Part shown: piece after piece, positions 10,237-21,516 of the stretch | How positions within the stretch are numbered: position 1 is the stretch's first letter | Layout: every line of letters starts with the position of its first letter | Assembly (NCBI GenBank): GCA_023265625.1 | Contig: JAHFST010000004.1 | Span: 129,709-193,708 of the forward strand | Direction: 5' to 3' | Length of the DNA: 64,000 bases | Source: Deltaproteobacteria bacterium | Lineage (GTDB): Bacteria; UBA10199; JACPAL01; JAHFST01 | The notes under the pieces: generated by a model | Database searches by the model: none | The model's input: the letters and a program-made list of their open reading frames with translations, nothing else | Told to the model about the DNA's origin: nothing | Program-made: the position numbers and the translations under genes

Positions 10237-10940
10237 AAGACTACCTATTATTTGGAGTCGCTCCCTATGTTGCCGTGACGCTGCTCTTGTCGGTCTCCCT
10301 CTGGCGTTTCTTTTTCACGCGTTACAAGTTTTCCAGTCTCTCCTCTGAATTTCTTGAGAGTAAGGACCTCTTTTGGGGATCGGTACCGTGGCACTACGGC
10401 ATTTTGGTGCTTTTTTTGGGGCATTTGATCGGGTTTCTGTTTCCGCGTGAAGTGACCCTTTGGAACAGCATTCCGATCCGTCTGATTATTTTGGAGGCCA
10501 CCGCCCTAACTTTCGGACTCCTAGCCTTGGTGGGCCTGGTGCTGCTGATCAAACGTCGTATGACTCATCCTCGTATTCGTGTCGTCACCTCCTGGATGGA
10601 TATTGTCGTCCTGGTCCTGTTACTAATCCAGGTCGTTTCAGGATTGAGCACGGCCATCATCGATCGGTGGGGATCGTCGTGGTATGTGGCCACATTGGTT
10701 CCTTACGTTCGGTCCGTATTGTCTCTAGCCCCGAATGTCGAACTGATCTCGGGGATGTCGTGGCTGGTCAAAACACACGTCTTGGGGGCCATTGTCATCA
10801 TTGGCATCCTGCCGTTTACCCGACTCGTCCATTTTCTCGTTCCCCCGGTTTCTTACCTTTGGCGTCCGTACCAGTTGGTCATTTGGAACTGGGATCGAAG
10901 GACAATTCGAGTTCCGTCAACGAAAAAAAAGGCGCATTGA
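10221..10940 (+). CDS. narI: Nitrate reductase gamma subunit NarI (dihaem b)
   Basis: 239 aa with 5 TM helices and conserved His ligands. Its stop overlaps the narK1 ATG by 1 nt. Confidence 0.9.
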   Translation: MEGTVKDYLLFGVAPYVAVTLLLSVSLWRFFFTRYKFSSLSSEFLESKDLFWGSVPWHYGILVLFLGHLIGFLFPREVTLWNSIPIRLIILEATALTFGLLALVGLVLLIKRRMTHPRIRVVTSWMDIVVLVLLLIQVVSGLSTAIIDRWGSSWYVATLVPYVRSVLSLAPNVELISGMSWLVKTHVLGAIVIIGILPFTRLVHFLVPPVSYLWRPYQLVIWNWDRRTIRVPSTKKKAH

Positions 10941-12436
10941 TGATTGGCGAAAAACAACAAGCGGTTACCGCCCTATTTTTCAGCACACTGGCCTTCACGG
11001 TCTGCTTTGCCTGCTGGATGATGAACGGCGTGCTCGTGACCTTTCTCGTCGACAATGGCGCTTATGGTTGGAACAAGGCGCAGATCGGCTGGTTGATCGG
11101 GATTCCGGTGCTGACAGGCTCCATCATGCGTCTCCCGTTGGGAATGCTGACCGATAAATATGGCGGCAAGATTATCCTGACACTACTCATGATCGTCTCG
11201 GCCCTTCCGATGTATCTGATGAGTCGCGCCGATAGTTATGCTCAATTCATTTTAGGTAGCCTGGGTTTTGGACTGGTAGGGGCCTCTTTCTCTGTGGGGA
11301 TCGCCTACACCTCGGTCTGGTTCCCCAAAGAAAAACAGGGAACCGCACTCGGGATCTTTGGTATGGGCAACGCGGGGTCCGCCCTGACCAGTCTCGGTGC
11401 GCCGCTGATCCTGAAACATTTGACGAATAATGCCGCTGCCATCGAGGGCTGGCGGAATCTTCCCAAGATTTATGCGGCCATTCTTTTGGGAATGGCCGCT
11501 CTTTTTTTTCTAGCAACACATGCAAGAAAGGTTGCCTCTGAGGGCAAGACCCTTGTCCAGCAATTGGCTCCCTTGAAAGAAATCCGTGTTTGGCGTTTCG
11601 GCCTGTATTATTTTCTGGTCTTCGGCGGTTTCGTGGCCCTCGCCCAGTGGCTGATCCCCTACTACGTGAATGTCTACACCATGTCGATTGCGATGGCCGG
11701 CATGATGGCCTCGATCTTTTCCCTCCCGTCGGGGGTCATTCGCGCCTTTGGCGGATGGCTCTCCGACAAATTCGGCGCGCGTCGCGTGATGTATTGGGTC
11801 TTGGGTTCGTGTTGTGCGGCCTCCCTGCTCCTGATCGTTCCAAGGATGGATATCTACTCTCCAGGCGGTGGTGTCATGGCCCTGTCGGGTGGGACCGTGT
11901 CTGAATTGACGGACCATGAAATTGTCATCAGCGGCATCGTGACCAAAAAATACGCGTTCAAACCTAAAGAAACGGTGCAGGGCTTGGCAGAAGATAGAGA
12001 CATCCTGATTCTGCCCACCTCCCGCTTTTGGCAGGAACCGGCGGTAAAAGTCGGAGACGTTGTCAAAAAGAAACAGCTCTTGGCCAAGGGGCTCACCCAC
12101 GTTTATTTCCAGGCAAACGTCTGGATCTTCACCTTTCTGGTCTTTGTCGTCGGCATCATGATGGGCATTGGCAAGGCCGCGGTCTACAAACACATCCCGG
12201 ATTACTTCCCTCAAGAAGTCGGCGTGGTGGGAGGGATCGTCGGCGTCATTGGCGGGCTGGGTGGATTCATTGGCCCCATTATCTTCGGCTATCTGCTCGA
12301 TTTAACCGGCATCTGGACCACCGCCTGGATGTTCTTTGCCGCCCTGTCGCTCATCAGCCTGCTGTGGATGCATTGGGTCATACAAAAAATGATGCGGCAA
12401 AAGGTGCCGGGACTCATGAACCAGATGGAGACATAA
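10940..12436 (+). CDS. narK: MFS nitrate/nitrite transporter NarK (type 1), with a ~90-aa soluble insertion between TM9 and TM10
   Basis: 498 aa from ATG (MIGEKQQ). It has 12 TM helices and MFS/NarK motifs. The ORF-track N-terminal extension (10460..10939) is in the narI region and was rejected. Confidence 0.85.
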   Translation: MIGEKQQAVTALFFSTLAFTVCFACWMMNGVLVTFLVDNGAYGWNKAQIGWLIGIPVLTGSIMRLPLGMLTDKYGGKIILTLLMIVSALPMYLMSRADSYAQFILGSLGFGLVGASFSVGIAYTSVWFPKEKQGTALGIFGMGNAGSALTSLGAPLILKHLTNNAAAIEGWRNLPKIYAAILLGMAALFFLATHARKVASEGKTLVQQLAPLKEIRVWRFGLYYFLVFGGFVALAQWLIPYYVNVYTMSIAMAGMMASIFSLPSGVIRAFGGWLSDKFGARRVMYWVLGSCCAASLLLIVPRMDIYSPGGGVMALSGGTVSELTDHEIVISGIVTKKYAFKPKETVQGLAEDRDILILPTSRFWQEPAVKVGDVVKKKQLLAKGLTHVYFQANVWIFTFLVFVVGIMMGIGKAAVYKHIPDYFPQEVGVVGGIVGVIGGLGGFIGPIIFGYLLDLTGIWTTAWMFFAALSLISLLWMHWVIQKMMRQKVPGLMNQMET

Positions 12437-12437
12437 T

Positions 12438-13766
12438 ATGGAAAACGATCCAAACATTGCAGAGTGGACCCCGGAGGATCCTGTATTTTGGCAAAAAACC
12501 GGCAGCCGTATCGCGTGGCGCACGCTCATTTTGACCACCATGAGCCTCACGCTCTCTTTTGCCACCTGGTTTGTGATCAGCGCGGTCGTGGTGCGTCTCC
12601 CCAACATCGGATTCAAATTTGACAACATGCAACTCTTCTGGCTCACCGCCATGCCGGGGCTGGCGGGAGGCACGCTGCGCATCATCCATATGTTTTTAGT
12701 CCCCCTCTATGGCACCCGAAAGGTCATCTCCACGGCGACCTTCCTCAAGATCCTTCCCATGTTGGGCCTTGGCTTTGCCGTAATGAACCCCAACACGCCT
12801 TTTTGGGTTTTCATGGTCCTGGCCTTCTTCGCCGGATTTGGTGGCGGTGACTTTTCATCCTTCATGCCCAGCACCAGTATCTTCTTCCCCAAACGCCTGC
12901 AAGGGACGGCCCTGGGGATTCAGGCCGGGATTGGAAATTTTGGCGTCAGCCTCACGCAATTTATCACCCCCTGGATTATCGGGTTTGCCTTTTTGGGAGG
13001 AACCCTGGGTGGGCCCCAAACCTTTACCAAGGGGACGGTCGTCAAATCCCTTTGGCTCCAGAATGCCGCCTTTTGGTACATCCCGTTCCTCCTCGTGATT
13101 GGCCTATTATGCGCGCTCTACTTAAGACGAATTCCCGTCACGGCCACCTTCTCACAACAACTCGACATCTTTAAGGAGAAGCATAATTGGATCATGACCT
13201 CTCTCTACGTGATGACCTTCGGCTCCTTTTCCGGCTACGCCGCGGCATTCCCATTGTTGATCAAATCGGTCTACGGAAAATTTCCCGATGCGCCCGATCC
13301 GCTCCGCTATGCCTTCTATGGCCCTCTGATCGGCTCTACAGTTCGTGTCCTGATGGGGCCACCCTCGGATAAATGGGGCGGGGCGATCATCACACAATGG
13401 AGTGGGATTGGCCTGATCATTTGTGCCCTGATCGTACCCAACTATCTTACCCCAACCTCCATGGAACAATTTCCACATTTCGTCGCCTTGATGCTCGGAC
13501 TTTTTTTCTTTGCCGGAGTGGGCAATGCCTCCACCTTTCGTCAAATCCCCGTGATTTTTCCGCCACGACAGGCCGGGGGCGTATTGGGATGGACGGCCGC
13601 CGTGGCCGCTTACGGACCGTTTATTTTTTCCACCTTGATCGGCGTCGTGATGGCCAAAACCGGTTCCCCCAAAAATTTCTTTTACGGCGCCGCCGTATTC
13701 TACGCCGTCAACGTGGTCATTAACTGGTGGTATTACCAAAGAAAGGGATGTGAGAAACCGTGCTGA
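12438..13766 (+). CDS. narK: MFS nitrate/nitrite antiporter NarK2
   Basis: 442 aa with 12 TM helices and NarK-family signatures (GFGGGDFSSFMP). It is the second of a tandem pair. Confidence 0.85.
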   Translation: MENDPNIAEWTPEDPVFWQKTGSRIAWRTLILTTMSLTLSFATWFVISAVVVRLPNIGFKFDNMQLFWLTAMPGLAGGTLRIIHMFLVPLYGTRKVISTATFLKILPMLGLGFAVMNPNTPFWVFMVLAFFAGFGGGDFSSFMPSTSIFFPKRLQGTALGIQAGIGNFGVSLTQFITPWIIGFAFLGGTLGGPQTFTKGTVVKSLWLQNAAFWYIPFLLVIGLLCALYLRRIPVTATFSQQLDIFKEKHNWIMTSLYVMTFGSFSGYAAAFPLLIKSVYGKFPDAPDPLRYAFYGPLIGSTVRVLMGPPSDKWGGAIITQWSGIGLIICALIVPNYLTPTSMEQFPHFVALMLGLFFFAGVGNASTFRQIPVIFPPRQAGGVLGWTAAVAAYGPFIFSTLIGVVMAKTGSPKNFFYGAAVFYAVNVVINWWYYQRKGCEKPC

Positions 13767-14332
13767 GAAAAGTTTTCATCGGCACGGCACTGCTCGCGAC
13801 GATCATTTTGATCATCTCTTTAATCATTCAGGAATCGCGACGGGTGGGCAGCAATCAGGGTTACGAACCCGACCAGCCGATCGCTTACTCTCACAAGGTT
13901 CACGCCGGGGATAACAAGATCCCCTGCCTCTACTGTCACTTTGGCGCTGAACAGGGCCGCCACGCCGGGATCCCACCGGCCAATGTTTGCATGAACTGTC
14001 ATAGCAAGATTAAAAAAGATTCGCCCGAGATCGTGAAGCTTCGCGAGGCCATTGATAAAAACCAACCCATCGATTGGATCAAGGTGCATCGGTTACCGGA
14101 CTTTGCCTACTTTAATCACAGCCAACATGTGACGGCGAATGTCCCCTGTCAGGAATGTCACGGACCGGTCGAAACCATGACCCGGATGCGCCAAGATCAA
14201 CCGCTCACGATGGGGTGGTGCATCAGCTGTCACCGTGAGCGTGGCATCATGCCACCGGAAGAGCATCAAGACTTGAATCGGGACAAGACAAAGGCAATCG
14301 GCGGGATGGATTGCGCCAAATGTCATTATTGA
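13760..14332 (+). CDS. actA: Alternative complex III subunit ActA (pentahaem cytochrome c)
   Basis: 190 aa. It has an N-terminal TM anchor and five CxxCH motifs (CLYCH, CMNCH, CQECH, CISCH, CAKCH). It is first in a canonical actABCDEF order. Confidence 0.85.
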   Translation: MLRKVFIGTALLATIILIISLIIQESRRVGSNQGYEPDQPIAYSHKVHAGDNKIPCLYCHFGAEQGRHAGIPPANVCMNCHSKIKKDSPEIVKLREAIDKNQPIDWIKVHRLPDFAYFNHSQHVTANVPCQECHGPVETMTRMRQDQPLTMGWCISCHRERGIMPPEEHQDLNRDKTKAIGGMDCAKCHY

Positions 14333-14333
14333 T

Positions 14334-17192
14334 ATGAATAGCGACGATAAAAAATACTGGAAGGGTCTTGAAGAACTTCGTGAAGAACCACAATTTCTCG
14401 AAGTGCGCTCCAAGGAGTTTCCCGAAGAAATCTCCCAGACCACGCGCCGCAATTTTTTAAAACTGATGGGTTTTAGTTTCACGGGTGCCGCCCTGGCCGC
14501 CTGCGCGCGCATGCCTGTCGAAAAGGCCATCCCGTTCCTGATCAAGCCGGAAGAGGTCGTGCCGGGAGTGGCCAATTGGTACGCCACCACCTGCGCGGGC
14601 TGTACGGCCTCCTGCGGCCTTTTGGCAAAGGTCCGAGACGGTCGCCCCATCAAAATCGAGGGCAATGCCGAATCGCCCCTGTTTCAGGGAGGCGCCTGCG
14701 CCGTGGGACAGGCGACGGTGCTCTCGCTCTATGATGATGAACGATTAAAAAAACCTCTTTGGCTCGGAAATGCCGCTTCCTGGGAAGAGATCGATCAATC
14801 CATTGGAAAGGAACTGAAGGACATCGTCAACCGAGGCGGCAAAATAGTCATCCTCTCCGGAACCATCGTCAGCCCGACCACTCGAGCGCTGCTCAACGAG
14901 TGGTGCCAGACATTTACCAATGCTAGGCATGTTGTTTACGATGCGGTCTCCGCTTCCGCAATCCTCTCGGCCAACGAAAAAAGTTTTGGGGTGAAGGCCC
15001 TGCCCCACTATCGGTTCGATTTGGCAAAACTGGTGGTCGGATTGAACGCCGACTTTCTGGGCACCTGGATTTCGCCCGTTGAATTCACCCGAGCCTACAC
15101 CCAGCATCGCATGCCCAGTCATGACATGACGCGACACATCCAGTTCGAGTCCGGCATGTCGCTGACGGGCAGCAATGCCGATCGGCGCATCCCGATCAAC
15201 CCCTCGGAAGAAGGACCCACCGCCCTCACCCTGCTGAAAGAAATTTCCAACCTAAAAAGCGGCGCAGGTTCCAGTAACGAAACAGCCCAGGATCTTTGGA
15301 AACACCGGGGCGAGTCCCTGGTCGTCAGTGGCTCGAACCATGTGGATGTCCAAATCGTCGTCAATGCGATGAATGCCCTGTTGGGTAACATCGGCAAGAC
15401 GGTCGATCTGGACAATGTCTCCTTGCAAAAACAGGGCGTCGACGATGAGATGAACCGCCTCGTGGACGAGATGAACCGGGGAGAAATCCAGGGCCTGATC
15501 CTTTACGGGGTCAATCCGGCTTATGATTTTCCCGATTCAGATCGGTTCATTTCAGGCTTAAAAAAAGTCCCCTGCAGCGTTTCATTCTCGGATCGACTCG
15601 ATGAAACCTCGAGTTTGGTGCAGGCCGTCTGTCCGGATGCCCATTTCCTGGAATCGTGGAATGACGCGGAGCCGGTTCAGGGGGCCTTGAGCCTGACTCA
15701 ACCGGTTTTGCGACCGCTCTTTGCAACCCGATCCGCCCAGGAGAGCTTGCTTACATGGATGGGAAAGAATGTCGATTACTACACCTACCTCAGGGACTAC
15801 TGGCGCGAGAAAATCTACCCCTTGAGTACGGGCCTCTATCTCACCTTCGACAACTTCTGGGATCTCTCGGTGCAAAATGGGGTATTATCTTTACCCGCAC
15901 AAACGCCAACCGAGAGAAATTTTTCAGGCAGCGTCCCGATCGCCTTCCAAAATCCACCCAAGGGTCTTGAAGTGCATCTTTACGAAAAAATCGGCCTCCG
16001 CGACGGCCGTCATGCCAACAATCCCTGGCTTCAGGAGCTCCCGGATCCCGTGACAAAAATCACCTGGGACAACTACGCCGCTCTTTCGCCCAAAACCGCC
16101 TCAGCCCTGGGACTAGAGGAGGGCGATGTCGTTCTTGTGAAAAACGACTATGTCTCTCTGGAACTACCCGTACAGATCCAACCGGGACAAGCCGCCCTGA
16201 CTGTTTCTGTCGCCTTGGGTTATGGACGAACCCATTGCGGTAAGGCGGGAAACAACGTCGGAGTCAATGCCTATCCCCTGATCCCCCACCCAACCGGTTT
16301 TCGCGTGGAAAAGACGGGGCGAAAGGTCGCGCTGGCCGCCACGCAAACCCATCACTCGATGGAAGGACGTCCCATCGTCAAGGAAACGATCCTGGCCGAA
16401 TATATCAACAATCCTTCCGCCGGAAACGAGGAACACGAAAAACTCCTCACCCTGTGGGAGGAATGGCCAAAAGAAGGTCGCGCGTGGGGGATGTCCATCG
16501 ATCTAAACGCCTGCACCGGTTGCTCCGCCTGCATCATCAGTTGCCAGGCGGAGAATAACGTCCCCGTGGTTGGCAAAGACGAAGTGACGCGACGCCGTGA
16601 AATGCATTGGATCCGATTGGATCGTTACTACAGCGGGCCGGAGGAAAATCCCGAAACGGTGCATCAACCCATGATGTGCCAACATTGCGGAAATGCCCCC
16701 TGCGAGACGGTCTGCCCGGTGCTCGCCACGGTGCACAGCACCGACGGCCTGAATCAACAAGTCTATAACCGCTGCGTCGGGACGCGTTATTGCGCGAACA
16801 ATTGTCCCTACAAAGTGCGGCGCTTCAACTGGTTCGATTACGCCCACAATGACCAGTTTGATTACACCATGAACAGCGAGCTGGGCACGATGGTCTTAAA
16901 TCCGGACATCGTGGTCCGTTCCCGCGGCGTGATGGAAAAATGCTCGCTGTGCATCCAACGCATTCAGGAAGGCAAGCTGCAAGCCAAGAGAGAGGGGCGC
17001 CCCTTGAAAGATGGAGAGATCCGGGTGGCCTGCGAGCAATCGTGTCCCGCCCAGGCGATTACATTCGGGGATTTAAATGAGAAAGAAAGCCGTGTGGCCC
17101 AACAAAATCACGACGGACGTTTTTATCATGTCCTGGAGGAACTCAATGTCAGGCCAGTGGTCGGGTATTTAACAAAGGTAAGGAACAAATGA
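14334..17192 (+). CDS. actB: ACIII subunit ActB (Mo-bisPGD-like domain fused to a 4Fe-4S ferredoxin domain, Tat-exported)
   Basis: 952 aa. It has the Tat motif [10 protein letters not shown] and a C-terminal ferredoxin Cys cluster ([28 protein letters not shown]). Confidence 0.88.
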   Translation: MNSDDKKYWKGLEELREEPQFLEVRSKEFPEEISQTTRRNFLKLMGFSFTGAALAACARMPVEKAIPFLIKPEEVVPGVANWYATTCAGCTASCGLLAKVRDGRPIKIEGNAESPLFQGGACAVGQATVLSLYDDERLKKPLWLGNAASWEEIDQSIGKELKDIVNRGGKIVILSGTIVSPTTRALLNEWCQTFTNARHVVYDAVSASAILSANEKSFGVKALPHYRFDLAKLVVGLNADFLGTWISPVEFTRAYTQHRMPSHDMTRHIQFESGMSLTGSNADRRIPINPSEEGPTALTLLKEISNLKSGAGSSNETAQDLWKHRGESLVVSGSNHVDVQIVVNAMNALLGNIGKTVDLDNVSLQKQGVDDEMNRLVDEMNRGEIQGLILYGVNPAYDFPDSDRFISGLKKVPCSVSFSDRLDETSSLVQAVCPDAHFLESWNDAEPVQGALSLTQPVLRPLFATRSAQESLLTWMGKNVDYYTYLRDYWREKIYPLSTGLYLTFDNFWDLSVQNGVLSLPAQTPTERNFSGSVPIAFQNPPKGLEVHLYEKIGLRDGRHANNPWLQELPDPVTKITWDNYAALSPKTASALGLEEGDVVLVKNDYVSLELPVQIQPGQAALTVSVALGYGRTHCGKAGNNVGVNAYPLIPHPTGFRVEKTGRKVALAATQTHHSMEGRPIVKETILAEYINNPSAGNEEHEKLLTLWEEWPKEGRAWGMSIDLNACTGCSACIISCQAENNVPVVGKDEVTRRREMHWIRLDRYYSGPEENPETVHQPMMCQHCGNAPCETVCPVLATVHSTDGLNQQVYNRCVGTRYCANNCPYKVRRFNWFDYAHNDQFDYTMNSELGTMVLNPDIVVRSRGVMEKCSLCIQRIQEGKLQAKREGRPLKDGEIRVACEQSCPAQAITFGDLNEKESRVAQQNHDGRFYHVLEELNVRPVVGYLTKVRNK

Positions 17193-18550
17193 TTCATCCC
17201 CCATTGATCGACGGTCGTCCAACCGTACAGCAGGTGACGAAGGACATCTGCCGTCCCTTGCATGCACGACCGGGGCTAGCCTGGATCGCGGCATTTTTGT
17301 GCGCCCTGACGGCCCTCCTCATGGGTGTCGGCCTGGTCACCTATGAAATCAGGACCGGCATCGGGACCTGGGGCTTGAACAAGACCATTGGCTGGGCCTT
17401 TGATATTACCAACTTTGTTTTTTGGGTCGGGATCGGGCATGCCGGGACCTTGATTTCGGCGATCCTGCTGCTCTTCCGGCAAAAATGGCGGACGTCCATC
17501 AACCGGGCCGCCGAGGCGATGACCATCTTTGCCGTGCTTTGTGCGGCCGTCTTTCCCGTGATCCATATGGGGCGGCCCTGGCTGGCCTTCTGGGTTTTTC
17601 CCTATCCCAACACGCGCGGCCCCTTGTGGGTAAATTTTCGTTCGCCGCTCTTGTGGGATGTTTTTGCCATCAGCACCTATTTCACCATCTCGTTGGTCTT
17701 TTGGTACATCGGGATGATCCCGGATCTGGCCACTTTTCGGGATCGCGCCGAAAAAAAATGGCAAAAAGTTGTTTACGGTTTTTTGAGTGTCGGCTGGAAC
17801 GGCTCCAACCGGACGTGGAGTCGTTACGAGACGCTCTGTTTGATTTTGGCGGGATTGGCCACACCCCTGGTCGTCTCCGTCCATACGATTGTGAGCATGG
17901 ATTTTGCCACGTCCGTCATCCCCGGTTGGCATACAACCATCTTCCCGCCCTACTTCGTGGTCGGGGCCGTTTTTTCGGGTTTTGCGATGGTGACGACGCT
18001 GCTCATTGTCACGCGCAAGGTGATGAACCTCGAGAATTACATCACCATGAGACATTTGGAGGCCGTCGCCAAGGTCATCCTCACAACGGGATCCATTGTC
18101 GGCCTCGCCTATCTCACCGAACTCTTTACGTCCTGGTATAGCGGCAGTTCTTACGAACAATTCGCGTTCAAAAATCGCATCATCGGCCCCTATGGCTGGA
18201 CCTACGTCATCATGGTGACCTGCAATGTCATCACCCCGCAATTCCTGTGGGTCAAGAAAATCCGCACAAACATTGTCACGCTCTTCATCATTTCTATCAT
18301 CGTTAATATCGGGATGTGGTTCGAACGCTTTGTCATCATCATGACGTCCCTGCATCGAGATTACCTGCCTTCAAGCTGGGCCATGTACCGACCCACCTTT
18401 GTCGAAGTGGGCACGTTGATCGGCACCTTTGGGCTGTTCTTCACCTGTTTTCTCATTTTTGCGCGGGTCTTACCGGTCATTGCAATGTGGGAGGTAAAAC
18501 CATTGGCGGCAGAACTGATTTCGCCTCATCGGGAGTCTTCTCATGGTTAA
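17189..18550 (+). CDS. actC: ACIII subunit ActC (NrfD/PsrC-like quinol-interacting membrane subunit)
   Basis: 453 aa with about 10 TM helices and NrfD-family character. It overlaps the actB stop by ATGA. Confidence 0.85.
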   Translation: MIHPPLIDGRPTVQQVTKDICRPLHARPGLAWIAAFLCALTALLMGVGLVTYEIRTGIGTWGLNKTIGWAFDITNFVFWVGIGHAGTLISAILLLFRQKWRTSINRAAEAMTIFAVLCAAVFPVIHMGRPWLAFWVFPYPNTRGPLWVNFRSPLLWDVFAISTYFTISLVFWYIGMIPDLATFRDRAEKKWQKVVYGFLSVGWNGSNRTWSRYETLCLILAGLATPLVVSVHTIVSMDFATSVIPGWHTTIFPPYFVVGAVFSGFAMVTTLLIVTRKVMNLENYITMRHLEAVAKVILTTGSIVGLAYLTELFTSWYSGSSYEQFAFKNRIIGPYGWTYVIMVTCNVITPQFLWVKKIRTNIVTLFIISIIVNIGMWFERFVIIMTSLHRDYLPSSWAMYRPTFVEVGTLIGTFGLFFTCFLIFARVLPVIAMWEVKPLAAELISPHRESSHG

Positions 18551-19067
18551 AAATTTTATGGTCGGGGTTTTTTCCGATGAGCAAAAATTGCTGAAAACCG
18601 TCTGCGCCCTGCGCGGGGTAGGATTTCAGATTCACGACGTGTTTACACCCTATGTGGTTCATGGGTTGGACGACGCCATGGGGCTGCGTCGATCACGCTT
18701 GGGCGTCGTCACCTTTCTGGCGGGTCTGACAGGGCTGGCACTGGCCATGGCCTTGCAGTTTTGGACCGCGGTCTTTGACTGGAGGATCAACGTGGGGGGT
18801 AAACCCGACAACTCCACCCTCGCGTTTCTTCCGGTGGCCTTTGAAATCACAGTCTTGATCGGCGGATTGGCCACGGCCCTTGCCTTCTTTCTCCGAAGCC
18901 AACTGTTTCCAGGTTCCAAGCTGAGAATTTTTAACCGGCACATCACCGATCATCTTTTTGCCGTCGTGCTTGAGATAAGGGATGCCTCCATCAATCCGGA
19001 CAAGGCCAGGAAGATTTTTTGGGACATGGGAGTCTTGGAGGTTCGTGAAGAAAGTGTAAACACATGA
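18543..19067 (+). CDS. actD: ACIII subunit ActD (DUF3341-like)
   Basis: 174 aa. It has a small N-terminal soluble domain plus a TM helix, in the expected position. Confidence 0.75.
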   Translation: MVKNFMVGVFSDEQKLLKTVCALRGVGFQIHDVFTPYVVHGLDDAMGLRRSRLGVVTFLAGLTGLALAMALQFWTAVFDWRINVGGKPDNSTLAFLPVAFEITVLIGGLATALAFFLRSQLFPGSKLRIFNRHITDHLFAVVLEIRDASINPDKARKIFWDMGVLEVREESVNT

Positions 19068-19630
19068 AATTATCTCCGCTCATTCCTTATATCGCCATCG
19101 CTTGTTCTTTGATGGCCTGTGAACGTAATCCCAAAAAAACGGGATATGAACTCCTGCCGGATATGGCGCATTCCATGCCTTACGACGCCTTTGCGCCAAA
19201 CCCCGTCACCCGGGATGGAAAAACACTCCAACTGCCCCCACCGGGCTCCATTCCGCGCGGTTTTCTGCCGTATCATTACGGCAACACACCCGAAGAAGCG
19301 GAACGCGCCGGCCGCGAAGTGACCAATCCCATTCCGGTGACGCCGGCGTCCCTGGCGCGCGGCAAGAAGGTCTATGAAACTTTTTGCTCCGTCTGTCACG
19401 GCGATCAAGGCAAAGGCGATGGCCCCTTGATCCCCAAGTTCCCGAATCCTCCATCCTACACGTCGAAAAAAGTTCAGGATTATCCGGAAGGACGGCTCTT
19501 TCACATCATCACCCAAGGATCTGGGATGATGGCCTCCTACGCCTCGCAGATTTCCCCGGAAGACCGATGGAAGGTGGTGCAGTACGTCCAGACCTTGCAA
19601 CACCCGCATCCGGTGGAGGTGGCCAAATGA
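19064..19630 (+). CDS. actE: ACIII subunit ActE (lipoprotein monohaem cytochrome c)
   Basis: 188 aa. It has a lipobox (SLMAC) and a single CSVCH haem motif. Confidence 0.85.
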   Translation: MKLSPLIPYIAIACSLMACERNPKKTGYELLPDMAHSMPYDAFAPNPVTRDGKTLQLPPPGSIPRGFLPYHYGNTPEEAERAGREVTNPIPVTPASLARGKKVYETFCSVCHGDQGKGDGPLIPKFPNPPSYTSKKVQDYPEGRLFHIITQGSGMMASYASQISPEDRWKVVQYVQTLQHPHPVEVAK

Positions 19631-20769
19631 ATCAGGAACGCTTTCGCATCTCAAATAAACAGAGAAAGTTTGCCTTCTCTTTGTTGGGGCTGGGCGGCTT
19701 GGCAGTGGCCATTGCCTTTTTTCTGGATCCACAACGCGCCTGGGCCAACATCCTGCTGAATAACGTCTACTTTTTATTCTTGGCCGTTTCCGGACTCGTC
19801 TTTATCGCCATCCATTATTTGACCAGCGCGGGTTGGTGGGTGGGACTGCGTAGGATTCCGGAGGCGATGACCGCGTTCATCCCCGTGGGCGGGGGATTGA
19901 TGCTCCTGCTGTTCTTTGGCCGGCATTCCCTCTATGAATGGACGGATACCGAAACCGTGGCGCACGACGCCGTCTTGTTGGGAAAGGCCGCCTATCTCAA
20001 CACGCCCTTCTTCTTTGCCCGAATGATTGGCATCATCGCCATCTGGAGCCTCTTCGCCATGATGTTGCGAAAAAGATCCATCGAACAAGATCGCACGGGA
20101 GGTTGGTCGGCCCATCAAAACTTATACCGTCTCTCGGCGCTATTCCTCCCCGTCTTCGCCGTGACCCTCACCATCGCCAGTGTGGATTGGTTGATGTCGC
20201 TGGAACCTCACTGGTTCAGCACCATTTTTACGTTCTATACATTTTCAGGGCTTTTCCTGAACGGCATCACTTTCATCACCTTGGCGACCGTCCTGCTAAA
20301 ACAACGCGGTTACTTGCAGAGCTTCCTGAATGATGACCACCTGCATGATCTGGGCAAACTCGTTTTTGCCTTTTCCAGCTTCTGGGCCTACATCTGGGTC
20401 TGTCAATATCTCCTGATCTGGTACAGCAACATCCCCGAAGAGACGGTCTACTACCATCTGCGCACCGACATGAATTGGGGTTGGCTGTTTTTGCTAAACT
20501 TGGCCATGAATTGGGCCATCCCTTTCCTGGTCTTGCTGCCACGCTCTTCCAAGCGGAACCCCGCCGTACTCCAACGCGTCTGCGTTCTTCTTTTGATCGG
20601 GCATTGGCTAGACCTCTATATCATGGGGTTTCCACGTGTCGCCTCACTCCGCAGTATTGGCCCCTTGGAGGTCTTGATCACCATGGGTTATGCCGCTGGG
20701 TTCTTTTTAATCACCGGCCGAGCCTTGAGCCAAGCCCCCCTCGCCCCAAGGAACGACCCCTATCTATGA
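19627..20769 (+). CDS. actF: ACIII subunit ActF (second NrfD-like membrane subunit)
   Basis: 380 aa from ATG (MNQERF) that overlaps the actE stop, with about 10 TM helices. The ORF-track upstream extension was rejected. Confidence 0.8.
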   Translation: MNQERFRISNKQRKFAFSLLGLGGLAVAIAFFLDPQRAWANILLNNVYFLFLAVSGLVFIAIHYLTSAGWWVGLRRIPEAMTAFIPVGGGLMLLLFFGRHSLYEWTDTETVAHDAVLLGKAAYLNTPFFFARMIGIIAIWSLFAMMLRKRSIEQDRTGGWSAHQNLYRLSALFLPVFAVTLTIASVDWLMSLEPHWFSTIFTFYTFSGLFLNGITFITLATVLLKQRGYLQSFLNDDHLHDLGKLVFAFSSFWAYIWVCQYLLIWYSNIPEETVYYHLRTDMNWGWLFLLNLAMNWAIPFLVLLPRSSKRNPAVLQRVCVLLLIGHWLDLYIMGFPRVASLRSIGPLEVLITMGYAAGFFLITGRALSQAPLAPRNDPYL

Positions 20770-20835
20770 CAAAGATCATCTATCACCCTGCCATAAATCA
20801 TTGGCTATTTTCTCAAAAAAACATAACCTTGTCTG

Positions 20836-21516
20836 ATGATTGAGCTTCCCTCTTACAACAACCCTCCCCTGAAACGGCATGTGAACAAAGAGGTGGAGGA
20901 CCTCCCCTCACCCATGGATCCTCCCGAGGCCTATGCGCCTTCCAACGTGGGAGAAATCACTGCGGGCGAACTTTCCGCTCCCCTCCAATCCTTGATCCAG
21001 GATCATGAGGAGTTTCTTAAAATCCTGACGGCCTTTGACCGCGCCTTGGTGGAGCTCAAGGAAAGGGCGTGGAAATTCACGCCCGAGATCAGCGCGGTCT
21101 TGAAACGTTTTTTTCAGTGGACGGACGAAGAGATGCCGCGTCATTCCCGCAAGGAGGAGAAGGCGCTCTTCCCAATTTTAAGCGAAAAGTTTTTGGCCTC
21201 CGGTGAACACAGCCCGGGCGCACAACCGGTGACGCCCGTCGATGTCATGGAGGCGGATCATCGGACCGTCGAGCTTGGTGTCAATCTTGTGTTTAATTTG
21301 TTAGGACTCGCAGCGCGCATCAAGGATGCTGAGGCACGAGACCTGCTCTTTGAGCACGCCTTTCATCAAGGACAGGAAATTGTCGAGGTCATGAAACTGC
21401 ACATTTACAAAGAGAATACCACGCTCTTCCCTCTCGCCCAGAGACTCTTGAGCGCAGAGGAAATGTCCGTGGTGGAGAGAAAAATGAATTTTAATACTCC
21501 AATCCTACAGACCTAA
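20836..21516 (+). CDS. Hemerythrin-like (HHE cation-binding domain) protein, possibly NO/iron-sulfur repair related
   Basis: 226 aa. His/Glu-rich motifs (DHEEF, HSRKEEKALFP, EADH) fit the hemerythrin fold. Confidence 0.5.
   Translation: MIELPSYNNPPLKRHVNKEVEDLPSPMDPPEAYAPSNVGEITAGELSAPLQSLIQDHEEFLKILTAFDRALVELKERAWKFTPEISAVLKRFFQWTDEEMPRHSRKEEKALFPILSEKFLASGEHSPGAQPVTPVDVMEADHRTVELGVNLVFNLLGLAARIKDAEARDLLFEHAFHQGQEIVEVMKLHIYKENTTLFPLAQRLLSAEEMSVVERKMNFNTPILQT

Noticed and set aside
10460-10939. N-terminal extension of the narK ORF-track entry (MEQHSDPSDY...)
   Set aside because: The extension lies within the narI coding region in another frame and its composition is low-complexity. A good ATG (MIGEKQQ) follows exactly at the narI stop, together with the first TM helix.
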